Positions 40,180 through 53,560 of a stretch of 64,000 nt of DNA are shown here, one piece after another. The DNA comes from the human T2T-CHM13v2.0 reference genome, Homo sapiens. The stretch lies in assembly GCF_009914755.1 (NCBI RefSeq), contig NC_060946.1; one strand, given 5' to 3'. The stretch's first letter is position 1. Each line of letters starts with the position of its first letter. The notes below the pieces were generated by a model. That model worked only from the letters and a program-made list of their open reading frames with translations. It was not told the origin of the DNA and ran no database searches. A program made the translations under genes and the position numbers.

Positions 40180-40800
40180 CTTCCCCGAGCCACCAGAGTA
40201 CGGCTCCCAGATCGGAGCAGCCCCTCCTCGGGCCAGGCAGGGTGTGGACCCTGCCCTGAATGCACTCAGCTTCCAGCCGATTCTGCCCCTCCCTCCATTC
40301 ACTGCACAGGCAGGCGCTGCAGGCCGTAGGGAGGGCGTGCGTCTCGGTCCTCCCGCTCCGTGTCCAGTCTGGGAAGTGTCTCAAGACCACCCTGGGAGAG
40401 GCCTGGGCTGCGGCGCCTTCGTCCCTCTGCTCCGCGCAAGGCCGGGGATCCTGCTCTCCCGGAGCGAGGGTGTCCGGCAGGCACCAGCGGCCAGCAGCAG
40501 CCGGGGCCGGGCCTCACCCGAGGACCGAGGTGCCGATGAACGCTCATGTTCGGAAGACACTGGCTCCCTGGTTTATGTATTTACTTAATTTTAAGTTAGG
40601 CTCCCCAGATCCCTAAATCAACAGTGGATTCTGTAAATTGTTGCGTCAGAGGAAAATCTAAGCGAGCCCGATCGCGGGAAGCACCGTCGCCATGAAAGGC
40701 GGTGGCTCAGCGCCACCTGCCGGGACGCGGCAGCCAAGGGAGCCGGTGTCGGGGGAGGCCTGAGGCCTCGGGTCCTCGGGAGGAAACAGAGCTGTTTGCA
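40180..40800. promoter_or_regulatory. CpG island (candidate promoter/insulator)
   Basis: Dense CpG by eye in unique sequence. Confidence 0.7.
40707..40725 (-). promoter_or_regulatory. CTCF core motif
   Basis: Minus strand reads tcCCGGCAGGTGGCGCTGa, close to the consensus CCASYAGRKGGCRS. Confidence 0.6.
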
Positions 40801-41489
40801 GGAACAAAGGAGGAAAGGAGGGCCACGGCTGTTCGAAGAATTCTTACACGAAAGGCATGAAATTAGTTGGAATCATTTCAAGGAAAAAATCTTCCTCCAA
40901 ATAGGCGCTCCTGCGTTTAGCAGAAGTGGGTTTCATTGCCATTGAGCACGGCCTGGGGTCTGCGGGGCTGTTTTCAGAACCGGAGGGAAGCAATCCAGCT
41001 GCACACAAGAGGTCCTGGGGAGAGGAATCCTCCAGGGCCTGGAGTCCCCGCTCGAGCTGCGTCACACCTGCTGGGTTGGAAGCCTCCACTCAGCGGGAGA
41101 AACACAATCCCTGGCTCTGGTGTTTGTGGCAGTAAAATCCCCATCCCTGCAAAGCCACTGGGCGGAGGCCAGGCCTTGCAAGAGGCCTCCCTTTGCTGGA
41201 GGAAGCCCTGGGCCCTCGGGGACCCCGCAGGAGGCAGACGCTGGGGACAGGGTCCGGCCCACGGGCAGCTGCGTCCCTCCCCAGTCCTGGCCTCCCTGCC
41301 TCCTCTGCTCTTTCTGATCCCCCCACCGGCTCCCACTGCCCACAGGGCGCTGAGCCAGCAGCAGAAACTGAGGTGGAGACAGCCTTCGGCCCTCAAAATC
41401 TGTGAAGGAGTCTGGACCCTGGGAAGGCACCGAGGACTGCCCAGGATCTCAGAAAAGGATGACAGCCAGGTCCCTTCCTTCCTTCCTTC

Positions 41490-41821
41490 GTTTTTCAAGT
41501 TGTTGGGTTTTTTGGGGGGGGGGGGTTTTGTTGCTGTTTTGAGACAGAGTCTCGCTCTGTCTCCCAGGCTGGCGTGCAGTGGTGCGATCTCGGCTCACTG
41601 CAACCTCCATCTCCTAGTTTCAAGCGATCCTCCTGCCTCAGCCTCCTGAGTAGCTGGGATTACAGGCGCCCGCCATCACGCCTGGCTAATTTTTGTATTT
41701 TCAGTAGATTCAGGTTTCACCATGTTGGCCAGTCTGGTCTCAAACTCCTGACCTCAAGTGACCCACCCACCTCAGCCTCCCAAAGTGCTGGGATTACAGG
41801 CATGAGCCACTGCGCCCCACC
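41490..41821 (-). mobile_element. Alu (AluSx/Sz-like)
   Basis: Full antisense dimer; tail interrupted by a G12 run. Confidence 0.97.
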
Positions 41822-42394
41822 GTGTTTTTCAAATGTTGATGGCAGCTCAGTTGCCCCCCATTTCAATAAATGCCCCCCGAATCATGTGTGAAGTCACTCA
41901 GGTTTAAGGCAAGAGGCCCCTGGTCTGAGGGAGCAAATTCTCTTTCATTTTTCCAGATAGCTCCATTTATTACATACTGAGAATTTATTTGAATTTCTAG
42001 TAGCTCAAAACTTTTTTCATTTTCCTGTTTATTAAGAAACTCAATTCCCAACCAGAGCAGCTCAAAGCTAACAGTCAGGCCGAGAGCACATTTTCTCTAT
42101 AATTCACCACCAGGCCCGCAGGAGTGGGAGGTGCCCGCTCAGGGAGGGCCGACGGCCCTTCACTCTCCTCCTCGCTGGGGACGGGGCCTGGGGTGGGGTT
42201 GGGGCACATCTGGGGCCTCCCCTCCTCCAGCACTTCCACCTCCAAGTGAGCTGCCAACCCAGAGCTGTCCAAGCACCTGGGCCACTCCAACCTGCCCCCA
42301 AGGCTCCTGGTGGGGTCTGTGCAAGCTCCTGGCAGGGTCTGCGGGGTCCATGGATGTGTCTCCACCCATCAGCCCTGAGTCTTTTCCATGAGCT

Positions 42395-42560
42395 GAGCTG
42401 CTTGCACCTCTAATCCTCATCACAGCTCTGCCAGCCGGGCACCATCACCACCATCCCACCTTACAGCTAACGCCAGTGGAGCCCAGAGAGGTTTGGCATC
42501 TTGCCCAAGGCCACACAGCTCTTTGGCAACATTGTGGCTCCAGAGCCACTCTCTGGGTGT
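42395..42560 (-). mobile_element. MIR fragment
   Basis: taatcctcatcacagctctg...cccaccttacag...gcccagagaggtt..catcttgcccaaggccacacagct. Confidence 0.65.
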
Positions 42561-42819
42561 GCAGCCGAGGGGCCGGCTCAGACTGGGTGGCAGCCTATGC
42601 TGAGAACCAACCCAAGGATCTGGCTCAGGGCGTGGGTGTCAGGACAGCGCCCGGGGCCACCGTGGAGACCCAGGAGGAGCCAACGGGCCTCTGCCGACCA
42701 CTGGAAGTCGTGACGGGGGCTGAAGAACAAGTCGCCAAGAGCAAAGGTGACCCGGGGTGGCACAAGTGTCTGGGATGTGCAACATAGAGGGTGTAGCTTC
42801 CTGGGTGGCTGGGGACACC

Positions 42820-43421
42820 GGAATTCCACCCAGGGATGGAGAGAGAATCCTGCCTGGGGACAGAGAGAGAATCCCATTCATGGGCACAGAATCCCACTCA
42901 GAGTCACAGAATCCTGCCTGGGGACACAGAATCACACCTGGGGACAGAGAGTCCCACCAGGGGACAGAGAGAGAATCCCACTCAGAGACACAGAATCCCA
43001 CCTGGGGACAGAGAGAGAATCCCACTCAGAGACAAAGAATCCCACCAGGGGACACAGAATCACACCTGAGGACAGAGAGAGAATCCCACTCGTGGACACA
43101 GAATCCCACTCAGGGACACAGAATCCCACCTGGGGACACAGAATCCCACCTGGGGACACAGAATTGCACCTGAGGACACAGAATCCCACCTGGGGACAGA
43201 GAGAGAATCCCACTCAGGGACACAGAATCCCACTCAGGGACACAGAATCTCACCTGGGGACACAGAGTCCCACCTGGGGACAGAGTCCCACCAGGGGATA
43301 GAGAGAGAATCCCACTCAGGGACACAGAATCCCACTGGGGGACAGAGAATCCCACCTGGGGACAGAGAGAATCCCACTCAGGGACACAGAATCCCATCGG
43401 GGGACAGAGAATCCCACCCAG
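42820..43421. repeat. Minisatellite, 20-24-bp unit, ~27 copies
   Basis: agaatcccac(ctg/tca)gggacac with (ag)n length variants. Confidence 0.95.
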
Positions 43422-43846
43422 GAGCACGCTGACTTTGAGCCACCCAGGGCTCAGCCCAGACTCGCGCAGAACACGAGGAGTCAGGGTTTTAATAAATTGA
43501 AAATAAAACTTTAAAGCTTCAGCCCCACTGGGTAAAGTTTTCCTTGGAATTAATTTCTAAGATAAATTGTTTTGGAATTGTTTGGTCCATCTCTTCTAAG
43601 CCCCCAATGTTTTTCTGATTAGACATTTTCATCTAAACAGGACTGACGTCTGAATGGCACCTCAATCCCGACAGTATTGACATCTGCCAGCCCAGAGGTT
43701 TATGGGGAAAGTATGGATTCCTGGCCGGTGGCTTTACTCAAATTGAGCTGCATTCTCGCTGAAATGAGATGCTGGCACAGCTGCCGGCTTACCTCCATGG
43801 CTTCTGTCCACCGCGGGGCTGGGGTGCTGCAGGGGTGAGGGGTGCA

Positions 43847-44010
43847 GGGTGGGACTGCACCTTCCGGAGGGAGCCTGGGGACGGGAGGGTCCAGGACGAG
43901 GGAAGGGGAGGTCCTGTAGCCGGGTGGGGGTGGGGCTGGACCTTCTGGAGGGAGCCTGGGGAGGGGAGGGTCCAGGACGACAGAAGGGGAGGTCCCGTAG
44001 CCAGGTGGGG
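43847..44010. repeat. 2-copy tandem duplication, 81-bp unit
   Basis: accttc.ggagggagcctgggga.gggagggtccaggacga at 43859 and 43940. Confidence 0.88.
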
Positions 44011-45979
44011 GCGCAGGGCAATGGGGTTAGGGTCCACACGCACCTGCCCAGAAGCTTAAGGCAGGCCATGGAGGTCCTGTCCACAGAAGGTGGGCGAGGC
44101 ACCAGCGAGCCCACCACCTGCTTCTGCACTGGGACCATTTTCTTTAAGGGCACATATCCTTGGTAGAAGAAAAACCAACCAGCTGAAAAGGCAGTGAGTG
44201 TGAACAAAAGGTGGATCCAGGGCATCCCAGCCATGCAGATGGATGGAGGGCGAGGAGACCCCCACCCAGGGTGGGCCGCCCTGGGGAGGGGGCTCCCTGC
44301 AGAGCCTCAGCCTCCTCCTCTGCACCCCAGGGAGTGAGGAGCTGACCACCATGCAAGGTCCCATGAAGCCGAGGTCACAAAAGAAACGCAAGGTCACAAA
44401 GAAGCGCAGCAATGTGGGGAATGCCTCGCCAACAACACAGGACCCTGCAAAGGCGACGGGGGAGGGAGGCCCCCAGCCTCCCCCAGGGTCCGGAGCAGCC
44501 AAGCCCCATGAGGCCTCCTTCCTCGGGAAAGCATGGGTCAGAAAATCTGGACAGTGCTTTTCCCTACTTGGATTCAGACTCACATTCACAACCTAAAGAC
44601 CCTAATAAGGTCCTCAGGCAAAAATTAAGGGGGGGTGGGGCTTGTGTGTCCAGGGGAGGAACCAGCCCAGGTCCCCACCCATAGGAGTGCCCGGGCCTGG
44701 GCAGCACCCTCGGCCTACTGCTGAGTGCATCCTGGCGGCAGCTGTGATACAAACCAAGCCCGTGATGATCACAGGCACCTCTGACGCTGCCCAGAAGCTT
44801 CCAGAATCCTGCCCTCGGTGACCGCCCTCTCGCCCCACCCGCCCCTCGGTGTTGACACAGACGCAGGTCCACAGGGCTCTGTCTGGATGTCCGGCTGTGA
44901 AGCTGGCCCCGGGCTCACCCGCCTCCCACTCCTGCCTCACCTGAGGCCCAGCCACATCCCTCCAGCCGCATGCCAGGGGCCTGGGCTCAGGGGATTCCTC
45001 AGAGCTGGACCCCCTGGTATCTCACTGGGCCCGGGACCCAGGACGACCACTCTTGACTTCTCCAAAGCTGCTGTTCAGAAGGCCTCCCAGCAAGCAGAGG
45101 GTCAGTCATTAAAACCCACTGGACACAAACCAGATAAAGCCACAAACCAATGCCTTGCTCGTAGCACACGGGAATTCTGCAGAGACAGCTGGACCACCCG
45201 TCTCTTTCCAATCTGAGGCAGGACGGGGGAGCGGTAGTGCAGACACAGGCCCACTCGCACAGCATCGACCTGGACGCCTGCACCCTCAGAACCAGGAGCA
45301 GCTCGGGAGCATCCTTCGCTGCACCCTCCTCCGGGAGGGCCACTAAGAGGGCCCCACCGCCACTGCTGCCAGCACAGGAGCACACGGGAGCTAACCCACC
45401 CCACGACACCCCAGGAGTGTAGCCCAGGGACACGGCGGCAAGCCCACCCACTCAGCCTCCTCCCAGGGATACACACAGCCTGGCTTCCCTTCCCTGAGCA
45501 CCCGCCCTGCCCCGGGTGAGGCCAGGCCTGGACGCCTTCTCGCTGCAGGCCCTCGGAGATGTTTCCCAGCACTGACGGTGCTGAGGACAGAACGCTGGAG
45601 GCCGGGCCACACTCAGGGGAGACGCGAGGCAGCTCCGGGGCCTGGGAGGAGTGCGCTCTGTGTGGCCGCAGGACGGGGAGGCAGCGCTGCTCTAACGCCT
45701 CCCGCTGCAGGTCCCACAGGGAACGAAGTGGTTTAGTGCTCAAGGTTCTAGGGGTTTAAATTACACTATTGACTTCACTACTTTTTCCTTATACATTATA
45801 ACCAATAGCAAGACAATGTTCGATGTTTTGATGAAATGTTTTAAAGATAACTTTGCACGGCCCCACTTGCCCAGCCATGGTCATGTTTTAACGCCAAGAA
45901 GCAGAGCGTGGATGGGCTCCACGACGGCGCCTCCTGCCCGGACTCTTGTTAAGGTCCCACAGGAGTGTCCCCAGTGGAG

Positions 45980-46120
45980 CCTCGAAGCCACCCTGGGAGG
46001 GATCTTCAGTGTCCCCAATTTACAGACGAAGAAACGGAGGCCCACGGGAGTCAGGAACAAGCCCCAGGTCGCACAAGAAATGCAAAGGAAGCCACATGGC
46101 TCCAGAGTCCAGGCTCCGAG
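45980..46120 (-). mobile_element. MIR fragment
   Basis: cccaatttacagacgaagaaacggaggcccac is a variant of the MIR core ttttacagatgaggaaactgaggc. Confidence 0.6.
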
Positions 46121-48082
46121 ACCCACCCGCTGCCTGCTGGGCAGCTGCCCCGGGAACCCTGTCTGGGCACCTGGATTTTCCAGCCACGGATTTTCCCCGC
46201 TGACAGCTCTCGCCGTTTCCTGGGTCTCGAGTTTATCCTCTGTGAGGGCCGCCCCTTGTGGCTGGGCCATCAGCTCCCTGAATGATCAGCCCAGCCTCAT
46301 CCAACACCACCCAACAGGACAGGTCCCCGCGGCCTCTGAGACCTCCCCGGGTGCCCCCAAAACACAGGCCACAGAACAGCCAGAGAAACCGCTTGCTGAT
46401 TCAGTGTTTAGACTCTTGGATCGAATTCTCAGTTCTTCCAGATGTGATTTAGCCTGCTGCATTATTTAGCTAACTTTCTGTGTCAAAATCATAACTTCTT
46501 AGAAATTTTTCAAGGTACTCAAAACTGATTTCACAGTCGATTTGGGGAGTCACCGCAAGAATCAGTCAGAGAGGAGGCTCTGTGAGAAGGGAAACTGAGG
46601 CTCAGCAGCCTGTGACGAGCCCCAAGGCGTATCCACAACACATCCTAGGATCACAGAGCCTGCTCCAGCCGGCGGAGTGGTTCTCTCGGCTCTGTGGATA
46701 ACTGAAAGCTCAGAAACATCAAAAGTTAATTAAAATAAGAATATGTTACTCTGAAATAATGCATTAAAAACGTCCAAAGGTGAGCCTGCTCCACTTCATT
46801 CCCCTCCGCATCTCCCGAGCACGGCTCTTCGGGCGGACGGAGCCCCCAGCAGCCCCTGTTGTCATTCTCTGAGCGTGGAGAACCCCCATTTCTATCAGCC
46901 GGTAATCCCATCCATTGATTTGAATTGTTCAATGTCAGGCTTGAAAAGGCGGATCAAGTGTCCTTTGGTCCTGGCAAAGAATGAATCATTTGGCACCAGC
47001 CCAGGCCACAGGCCGGATAAAGCCCGCTTCATCTGCAGTCTGGCCTTGCCTGGAACGCCAGTGGCCGCCAGCGCCCCTGACCCGGGCGGTCGCACCACGA
47101 TTATTCAAATCAGCTCTCTCCATAGATCTCAGAATAAGCAATCAATTCATTTGATAGGGTTTAAAGACAAAGAGCAGAGCTCATTAAATCAAGCTAAGCC
47201 TCTGCCATCAAAGACTGGCAGGGACTGAGGCTGAGTCCGGCCTTCCCTGCAGCCACACAGAGGCTCCTGGGGAGGGAGGGGCAGGGACCCAGCACAGGTG
47301 GACCTCAGGAGTCCCAGGGCCCCGTGCCCATCCCCCTGCCCTCACGCCCCCTCTCTACCCCTGTCATTTCCTACCCCACCCACACCCCAGGACCCCGACC
47401 CCAGAACACCTCGGACCCCGCCCTGCCTCCCAGCCTGTCATGGGTGGGTCTGTCTTTCCAGAACTCCCTGCCTGGTGTCTCTCATCTGCCAAACAACCTC
47501 AAACCCAGGTGGCCTGTCATATCCTAACATTTTCCTGGAGCCCCCAGGCAGGACCCACAGCCCCTCTGCACCTCCTCTGCCCGTTCAGAGTCACAACACC
47601 ACATGGGAATTGTGTGGCTTCCGTGGCACCCTGACATGCATCTGGCTTCCAGACACAGAGGCCCTGGTCGGACTTCAAATCTGCTTCCCAAGTGCAGGGC
47701 CTAGGATGAGGTCCTTGGTGGCTGGTGCCCATGCCACAGGCAGCCAGAAGTAACCGGAATGTCAGCAGGTCAGCAGGGAAGTCATGTGGGGGAGGCCGTG
47801 TCCCAGAACAGATAGGGTCTGCTTACCCCCAGTCTGTAAAGGCCCCCAGGAGGGCAGCCCCTCCAGGCCTAGGTCTGGGGCCAGCTGGGTCCAGGGGGAA
47901 TCAAGCTTTTCCCAGGGAGCCAGCTGCCCTCACAGTGTGGGCAGCTCCCACCCCACCTGCCTTCTAGGGTCCTTACCCAGAGTGAGCCACGTGCAGGGCC
48001 CCCAGCCCCCAGAGTCAGGATGAGCATCCGGCCTACGGCAACTAAAGGGAGGAGGCAGAGGCCAGCCGGGAAAGGGATGGTG

Positions 48083-48190
48083 CTGCCATGGGGACGGGTA
48101 GGGAGAGGGGTGGGGCTGCCCTGGGGACGGGTCGGGAGAGGGGTGGGGCTGCCGTGGGGACAGGTTGGGAGAGGGGTGGGGCTGCCATGC
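48083..48190. repeat. 3-copy G-rich repeat, 33-bp unit
   Basis: ctgcc.tggggac.ggt.gggagaggggtgggg. Confidence 0.9.
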
Positions 48191-51100
48191 GACAGGTCGA
48201 CCTGGTCCACTGGCCCCAGCCTAGCTTCCAGGAGGCCAAGGTTCTGGGCCCTGCAGTGGGCCCCTCTCTCCTCAGATCTTGCAGAGGCACCTTTGCCAGT
48301 GTCGTGTAATAAGGACCAGAGCTGACATGTGGCTGGGTGCCGTGGCTGGGACACCATAGAAGAGGCACAGGCAGCCCCCATGGCACTGAGGCCCCCAGAG
48401 GGTGCGGGTCTCGGGAGGGGGCTCCCTCAGGCCTGCGTGTCACCACTGGGCTGCCACCCCATCCAGCCCACCCTCTAGGACACAGCGTGGAGACTGCCAC
48501 TGAGCCAACACAGGAGCCCTGTGGCCACAGCACGGAGGTCAAGGGCCTGCCGTGCCGACCCCTCCAGAGCCCACACCTCCCCACTGCTGAGCACACTGGA
48601 GCTGCTCACCGGCTGATGCCGCAGGCCAGGCCAGGACGCTCGGGTCACACCTGTGTCTGAGAGTTTCTCCCACAGCCACCGGCTCCAGGCTGCCAGGGTC
48701 CCATGGCAGTGTCGGGAGCCTGGCAGGGGATGTGGGCCAGCCAAGGCCTCCAGTTCTGCCAACTCTGGCCAGCAGGTGTGGAGCTCCTGCCCAGCAAAGC
48801 TGGGAGTGCGAAGACACCCGCCATCGACTTGGCAGGATGCGGAGTGGTCCCAACACGCACAAGGCACTGGAGCAGCATCGCAAGCTCCTCCAGCCCCACC
48901 GCGGATGAGGACATCTCACGGTTGGATGAGAGAGCCAAGGCCAGGCCACAGGCTGCAGGAGGAGCCAAAGGCACCCAGGCCCACCCCCAGCCTCCACAGG
49001 CTGGCACCTCCCTGCCCGGCCCGTATCTTGGTCAGAGGAAGATGCATCCTAGATTGGTCAATCAATTGGCATTGGCGGTTGCACCTGACCATGGGCCTGC
49101 AAGACGCCTGCCCACAGAAGCCCCCATCAGCACCTGCTGATCCAGGACAGAGCCCACACCCTCCTGTTTCTAGACCCTGTGCTCGGGAGCAGGACGGTGC
49201 AGACGTGTGTGGGAGCTGCAGCTGGGGCCTGCCCACAGACACCCCAGGGACAAGGGCACTGTCATCATGTCTGCTCCGGTGTCCCCAGGAAATCCCACCT
49301 GAAATGCAAACAACCGCCTTTCAGAAGAGAGTTCGTCTGCCCCGGAGACGAGCATCCAGATTCCTCCATCATGGCCAGAGACTCTAGTAGGGACCTCCTG
49401 GGGCCCCCAGAGGGCCCTGGCCCCACAGTCGGCAAGCAGAAAAGGTGCACCCATGCTGTCCCTCTGTGACGTTCCTAAACACAGGACTGGCTGGGCGACA
49501 GTAAAAGCCAGATGGAGCCTCTCTTCCTCTCCTCTGCTCAGTGGGACTGGAAGGGCTTATTACCCTAATTTTGAAAATGTATTTTGCTCCATGTCTGATC
49601 TATCCACACAGGGTCCCCAGGCATTCCTGCAACTACACTACAGCGAGAAGCCCCATCGCAGGCCCGGGAATCCAATCAGGTAAAATAATCAGTGTAGATG
49701 TTGCGGGGAGGACACGCTCATCCCTCCTGGGCTCACCCTCACCCAGGCAATGGTGCACACCTGGAATGTGAGCCTCAAATCCAGTTTCTTGAAATGACCT
49801 GGCATGCTGGGGGAAGGGAGGCGATCAGACAGGACAGTGCCATCTGAGCCGTGAGGATGGTGGCGTTTTAAACACATACATAAGGATGGTCACGTTTTAA
49901 GCTCATACTTGCTCAAGGCCAGCACCTTGCTCTCAGTCCCTTGGTGCGATTGTGTTACCTGGCAGGGGTCCACCTGCCACCTGGAAACTTCCCCTAGGCG
50001 AGTAGGATCCAGCTCCCCTGGGCCCAGCTGAGACTCAGCCCAGGCGCGTAGGCTCAAGGGCCTCAGGAGGGGTTGGGCAGCCCACCACTGTCTGTGGGTC
50101 CAGGGGGGATCCAGGGCCAGCACTCAGCCCCCATCACAGGACAGCCTACTGGACACAGGCCTGAAGTCCGGCCTCGAGAGTCGCCTGGCACCTTCCCCCC
50201 AGATAGGCAGGCTCCTGGACAGCACAGGTGGCCCTGTGTGTGGGGGGTGTCACCTGCACAAGAGGCAGGGACAGGAGGGAAGGGCCCAAGGAGTAAACAG
50301 GACCCCGTTTTTAGGGGAGGTTGATGGTTTCAGTAGATCTGCCCAGTGGTGTGAACACCTCAGTGTGGAGTTCTGAGACTCACTGCCCTCCAGCCTCCTA
50401 TAGGGCCAGTCCAGCTGGATCTCAGCACCCCCTTGTCTGGTGTCTGGAACCTGAGCTCCCAGGGAAGCCAGGGCTGGGCATCTAGTGGCGCCCGAGTTCC
50501 CTCGCAGTGCTGACAGTACATGAGGATGTGCCGCCTGCCCCTGGGCCAAGCGTGAGTGACTGACTCAGGGTATTTACAGAAAGTGCTGGCAGGTGGCCAT
50601 CCCCTGAGCCTGGGCTCCGCATTTACACTGTGTCAGGGCTGAACTGAGGGGTCCCCTCTGCCAACTCCTCCATCACCCCAGCACAGGCTCATCTGTCTGT
50701 CTCCATCAGTCCCCACACACCCATGACCAGCGACTCCCAGGTACCAGGACATCAGGAGAGGAAACTGAGGCACATAGAGCTTGAGCACCCTGCTCAAGGG
50801 CCTGAGCTGCTAGGCCTCTGATCCTCATGAAAGCATCACCAATGCTTACCTACCAGGGAGTTTGGAGCAGCCCCACCCACCCCTCAGCTGTGGTTCTGAA
50901 CCCAGCTGGCCGCGCCCCTCCCACGGGGACAGTGTCCTCAGGAGAGGTCAGCAAACCCTGTGGCCGGGCCTGGACAGAGAGCCCTGGGTCCCGCCTCCCA
51001 CAGGCAATGGTCCCTCCTGCCTGCAGATCCAGACTTCCCTGAGAGGCGCCCCAAGCCTCCTAGAGGCTCGAGCCACAAAGGGCAGGCCCTCTCACTCAGT

Positions 51101-51599
51101 GCCAAAGAGCCTGAGTGGACGCCAGCTGGGGAGCAGACCACCATCTCTCAGGGCCTCGTTTTCCCTACCCAAACAGCAGAGGGGTGGCCCATAGTGGCCC
51201 TGCCCCAGTTCCCAGGTTCTGGAGCTCCACAGGAAGAAGACAGTACCCCCTGGACACACAGTTTGACCCAGGTGTGAGTTCCTTCCCCCGGCAGCACTGG
51301 GCACCCACATGCCCCCCCAGGGGCTTGCCCAGCCCAACGTCAATGCCCCCTTGTTCTCAGACTCATCTCTGATTTCCTGCTGCTGGAATTCTAAATCAAA
51401 TCCTTGCACAGCTGAAATGGGGAGGCAGGCAGCCATATTTGGTTGGGGAGCAAAGCATTTGAGAAATGACCGAAGCCAAGAGCCAGGCCCAGTTCCCTTC
51501 CAGGCCGTTCACACAGCTCAGGCTGGTGCGGAAGCTCCCAGCTGGGTAGCTGGGGTGAGCAGGGGTCCCTGTGACCCAGCCAAAGGCGTGGGCAGCACT

Positions 51600-51777
51600 G
51601 CCAGTCACTCAACTGGCTGCTGACACAAGTCCCAGGCCATCTCTCCTTCCGGGCTGTGTCCACGCCGCGTGAGGCATCCAGCAGGGCCAGTCACTCACCT
51701 GGCTGCGGACGCGTCCCAGGCCATCTGTCCTTCCAGGCTGCCTCCGCGCTGTGCAGGGCATCCAGCAGGGCCAGTGT
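51600..51777. repeat. 2-copy tandem duplication, ~85-bp unit
   Basis: gccagtcactca.ctggctgc...tcccaggccatct.tccttcc...gcatccagcaggg twice. Confidence 0.85.
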
Positions 51778-52429
51778 CCCAGCCAGGCCCTCGGCTTCTC
51801 CCACTGCATCTGTAGCTCTGGGTAATTCGCTCTGGAACTGGGTTTGACCAGCAATGCCGCCGCCCATTTGATTTACAGGAACCCGGGTCCTATTTCCACC
51901 TGCTGCAGCCCACACACCTGCCCCCACCCCATCCTAAGGCCCAGAGCTTCCAGAAGACTCCAGAAACGGCCTTGCCTGGTGGGATGCCCCACAGCCTTCA
52001 GGCTCACCTCCCTCCACCCATGGAACCCCCACAGAGGCCACCAGACCTGGCCCCTGGGCACCTACTGGGTCCCCAACAAGCTCCGCCCTCCAGGGCCAAA
52101 GTGCATCCCCTGCTCACCCTGACCCCCAGCATTGACCCCTCTGCCCACCCAGCTCAGCTGGATGCCTGGACAAGCATACAGACTGTGGGTCTGGAGATGG
52201 GGGTGGGTCAGTGGGTGTGGGGACGGAGGATGGTGACCACCATGGGGGCCAGGCGGGCCATGTGGACAGAGAGCGAGCCAGGCATTCTGTGGGGTTTTAG
52301 GCTTTTCTGACTCTGCCCACTCCAGTCAACCTCAGCCACCCGAGGCCCTGGTCATCGAAGAGACCTCATCATGGGCAGTCCCTGCACCCACAGCCCAGCC
52401 CTGAGCTCACAGCCCTCCTGCCCTTCTGC

Positions 52430-53560
52430 CGATGGATGGTAGATGGTAGATAGGTAGATAGAATGACAGGTGGATAGGTGGATAGTGGATGGTGGATGGG
52501 TAGATGGAATGATGGGGTGAATGATGGGGTGGATGGTGGATGGGTAGATGGAATGACGGGTGGATGGTGGATGGGTAGATGGAATGATGGGTGGATGGTG
52601 GATGGGTGGATGGAATGATGGGTGGATGGTGGATGGGTGGATGGAATGATGGGTGGATAGGTAGATGGAATGATGGGTGGATGGTGGATGGGTAGATGGA
52701 ATGAGGGGTGGATGGTGGATGGGTGGATGGAATGATGGGTGGATGGGTGGATGGAATGATGGGTGGATGGAATGATGGGTGGATGGAATGATGGGTGGAT
52801 GGAATGATGGGTGGATGGTGGATAGGTAGATGGAATGATGGGTGGATGGTGGATGGGTAGATGGAATGAGGGGTGGATGGTGGATGGGTGGATGGTGGAT
52901 AGGTAGATGGAATGATGGGTGGATGGTGGATGGGTAGATGGAATGAGGGGTGGATGGTGGATGGGTGGATGGAATGATGGGTGGATGGAATGATGGGTGG
53001 ATGGGTGGATGGTGGATAGGTAGATGGAATGATGGGTGGATGGTGGATGGGTAGATGGAATGAGGGGTGGATGGAATGATGGGTGGATGGGTGGATGGAA
53101 TGATGGGTGGATGGAATGATGGGTGGATGGTGGATGGGTAGATGGAATGATGGGTGGATGGTGGATGGGTGGATGGAATGATGGGTGGATGGGTGGATGG
53201 AATGATGGGTGGATGGTGGGTGGGTGGATGGAATGATGGGTGGATGGTGGATGGGTGAATGGAATGATGGGTGTATAGTGGATGGTGGATGGGTAGATGG
53301 AATGATGGGTGGATGGTGGATGGGTGGATGGATGGATGGAATTATGGGTAGAAGGGTGGATAGTGGATGGTGGATTGGTAAATGGAATGATGGGTGGATG
53401 GTAGATGGTGGATGGCGGTTGGGTAGGTGTTATGACGAGTGATAGTGGATGGTGTATGGTGGATGGGTGCATAGTGGATGGGGGATGGTGGATGGAATGA
53501 TGAGTGGGTGAGTGGATAGTGGATGATGGATGGGTAGATGGAATGACAGGTGGGTAGTGG
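52430..53560 (+). repeat. (GGAT/GGAAT)-derived compound repeat, ~31-bp modal unit
   Basis: ggtggatggtggatgggtagatggaatgatg and shorter variants over ~1.1 kb. Confidence 0.97.

Noticed and set aside
39356-40588. 410-aa ORF, the longest in the window
   Set aside because: Non-ATG (TTG) start; VNTR plus CpG island; three frames open; no recognisable domain.
42820-43421. NF-kB or RBPJ site array in the 20-24-bp VNTR
   Set aside because: GTGGGATTCT matches neither GGGRNNYYCC nor GTGGGAA properly.
52369-53472. 367-aa His/Pro-rich ORF
   Set aside because: Antisense translation of the GGAT/GGAAT repeat.
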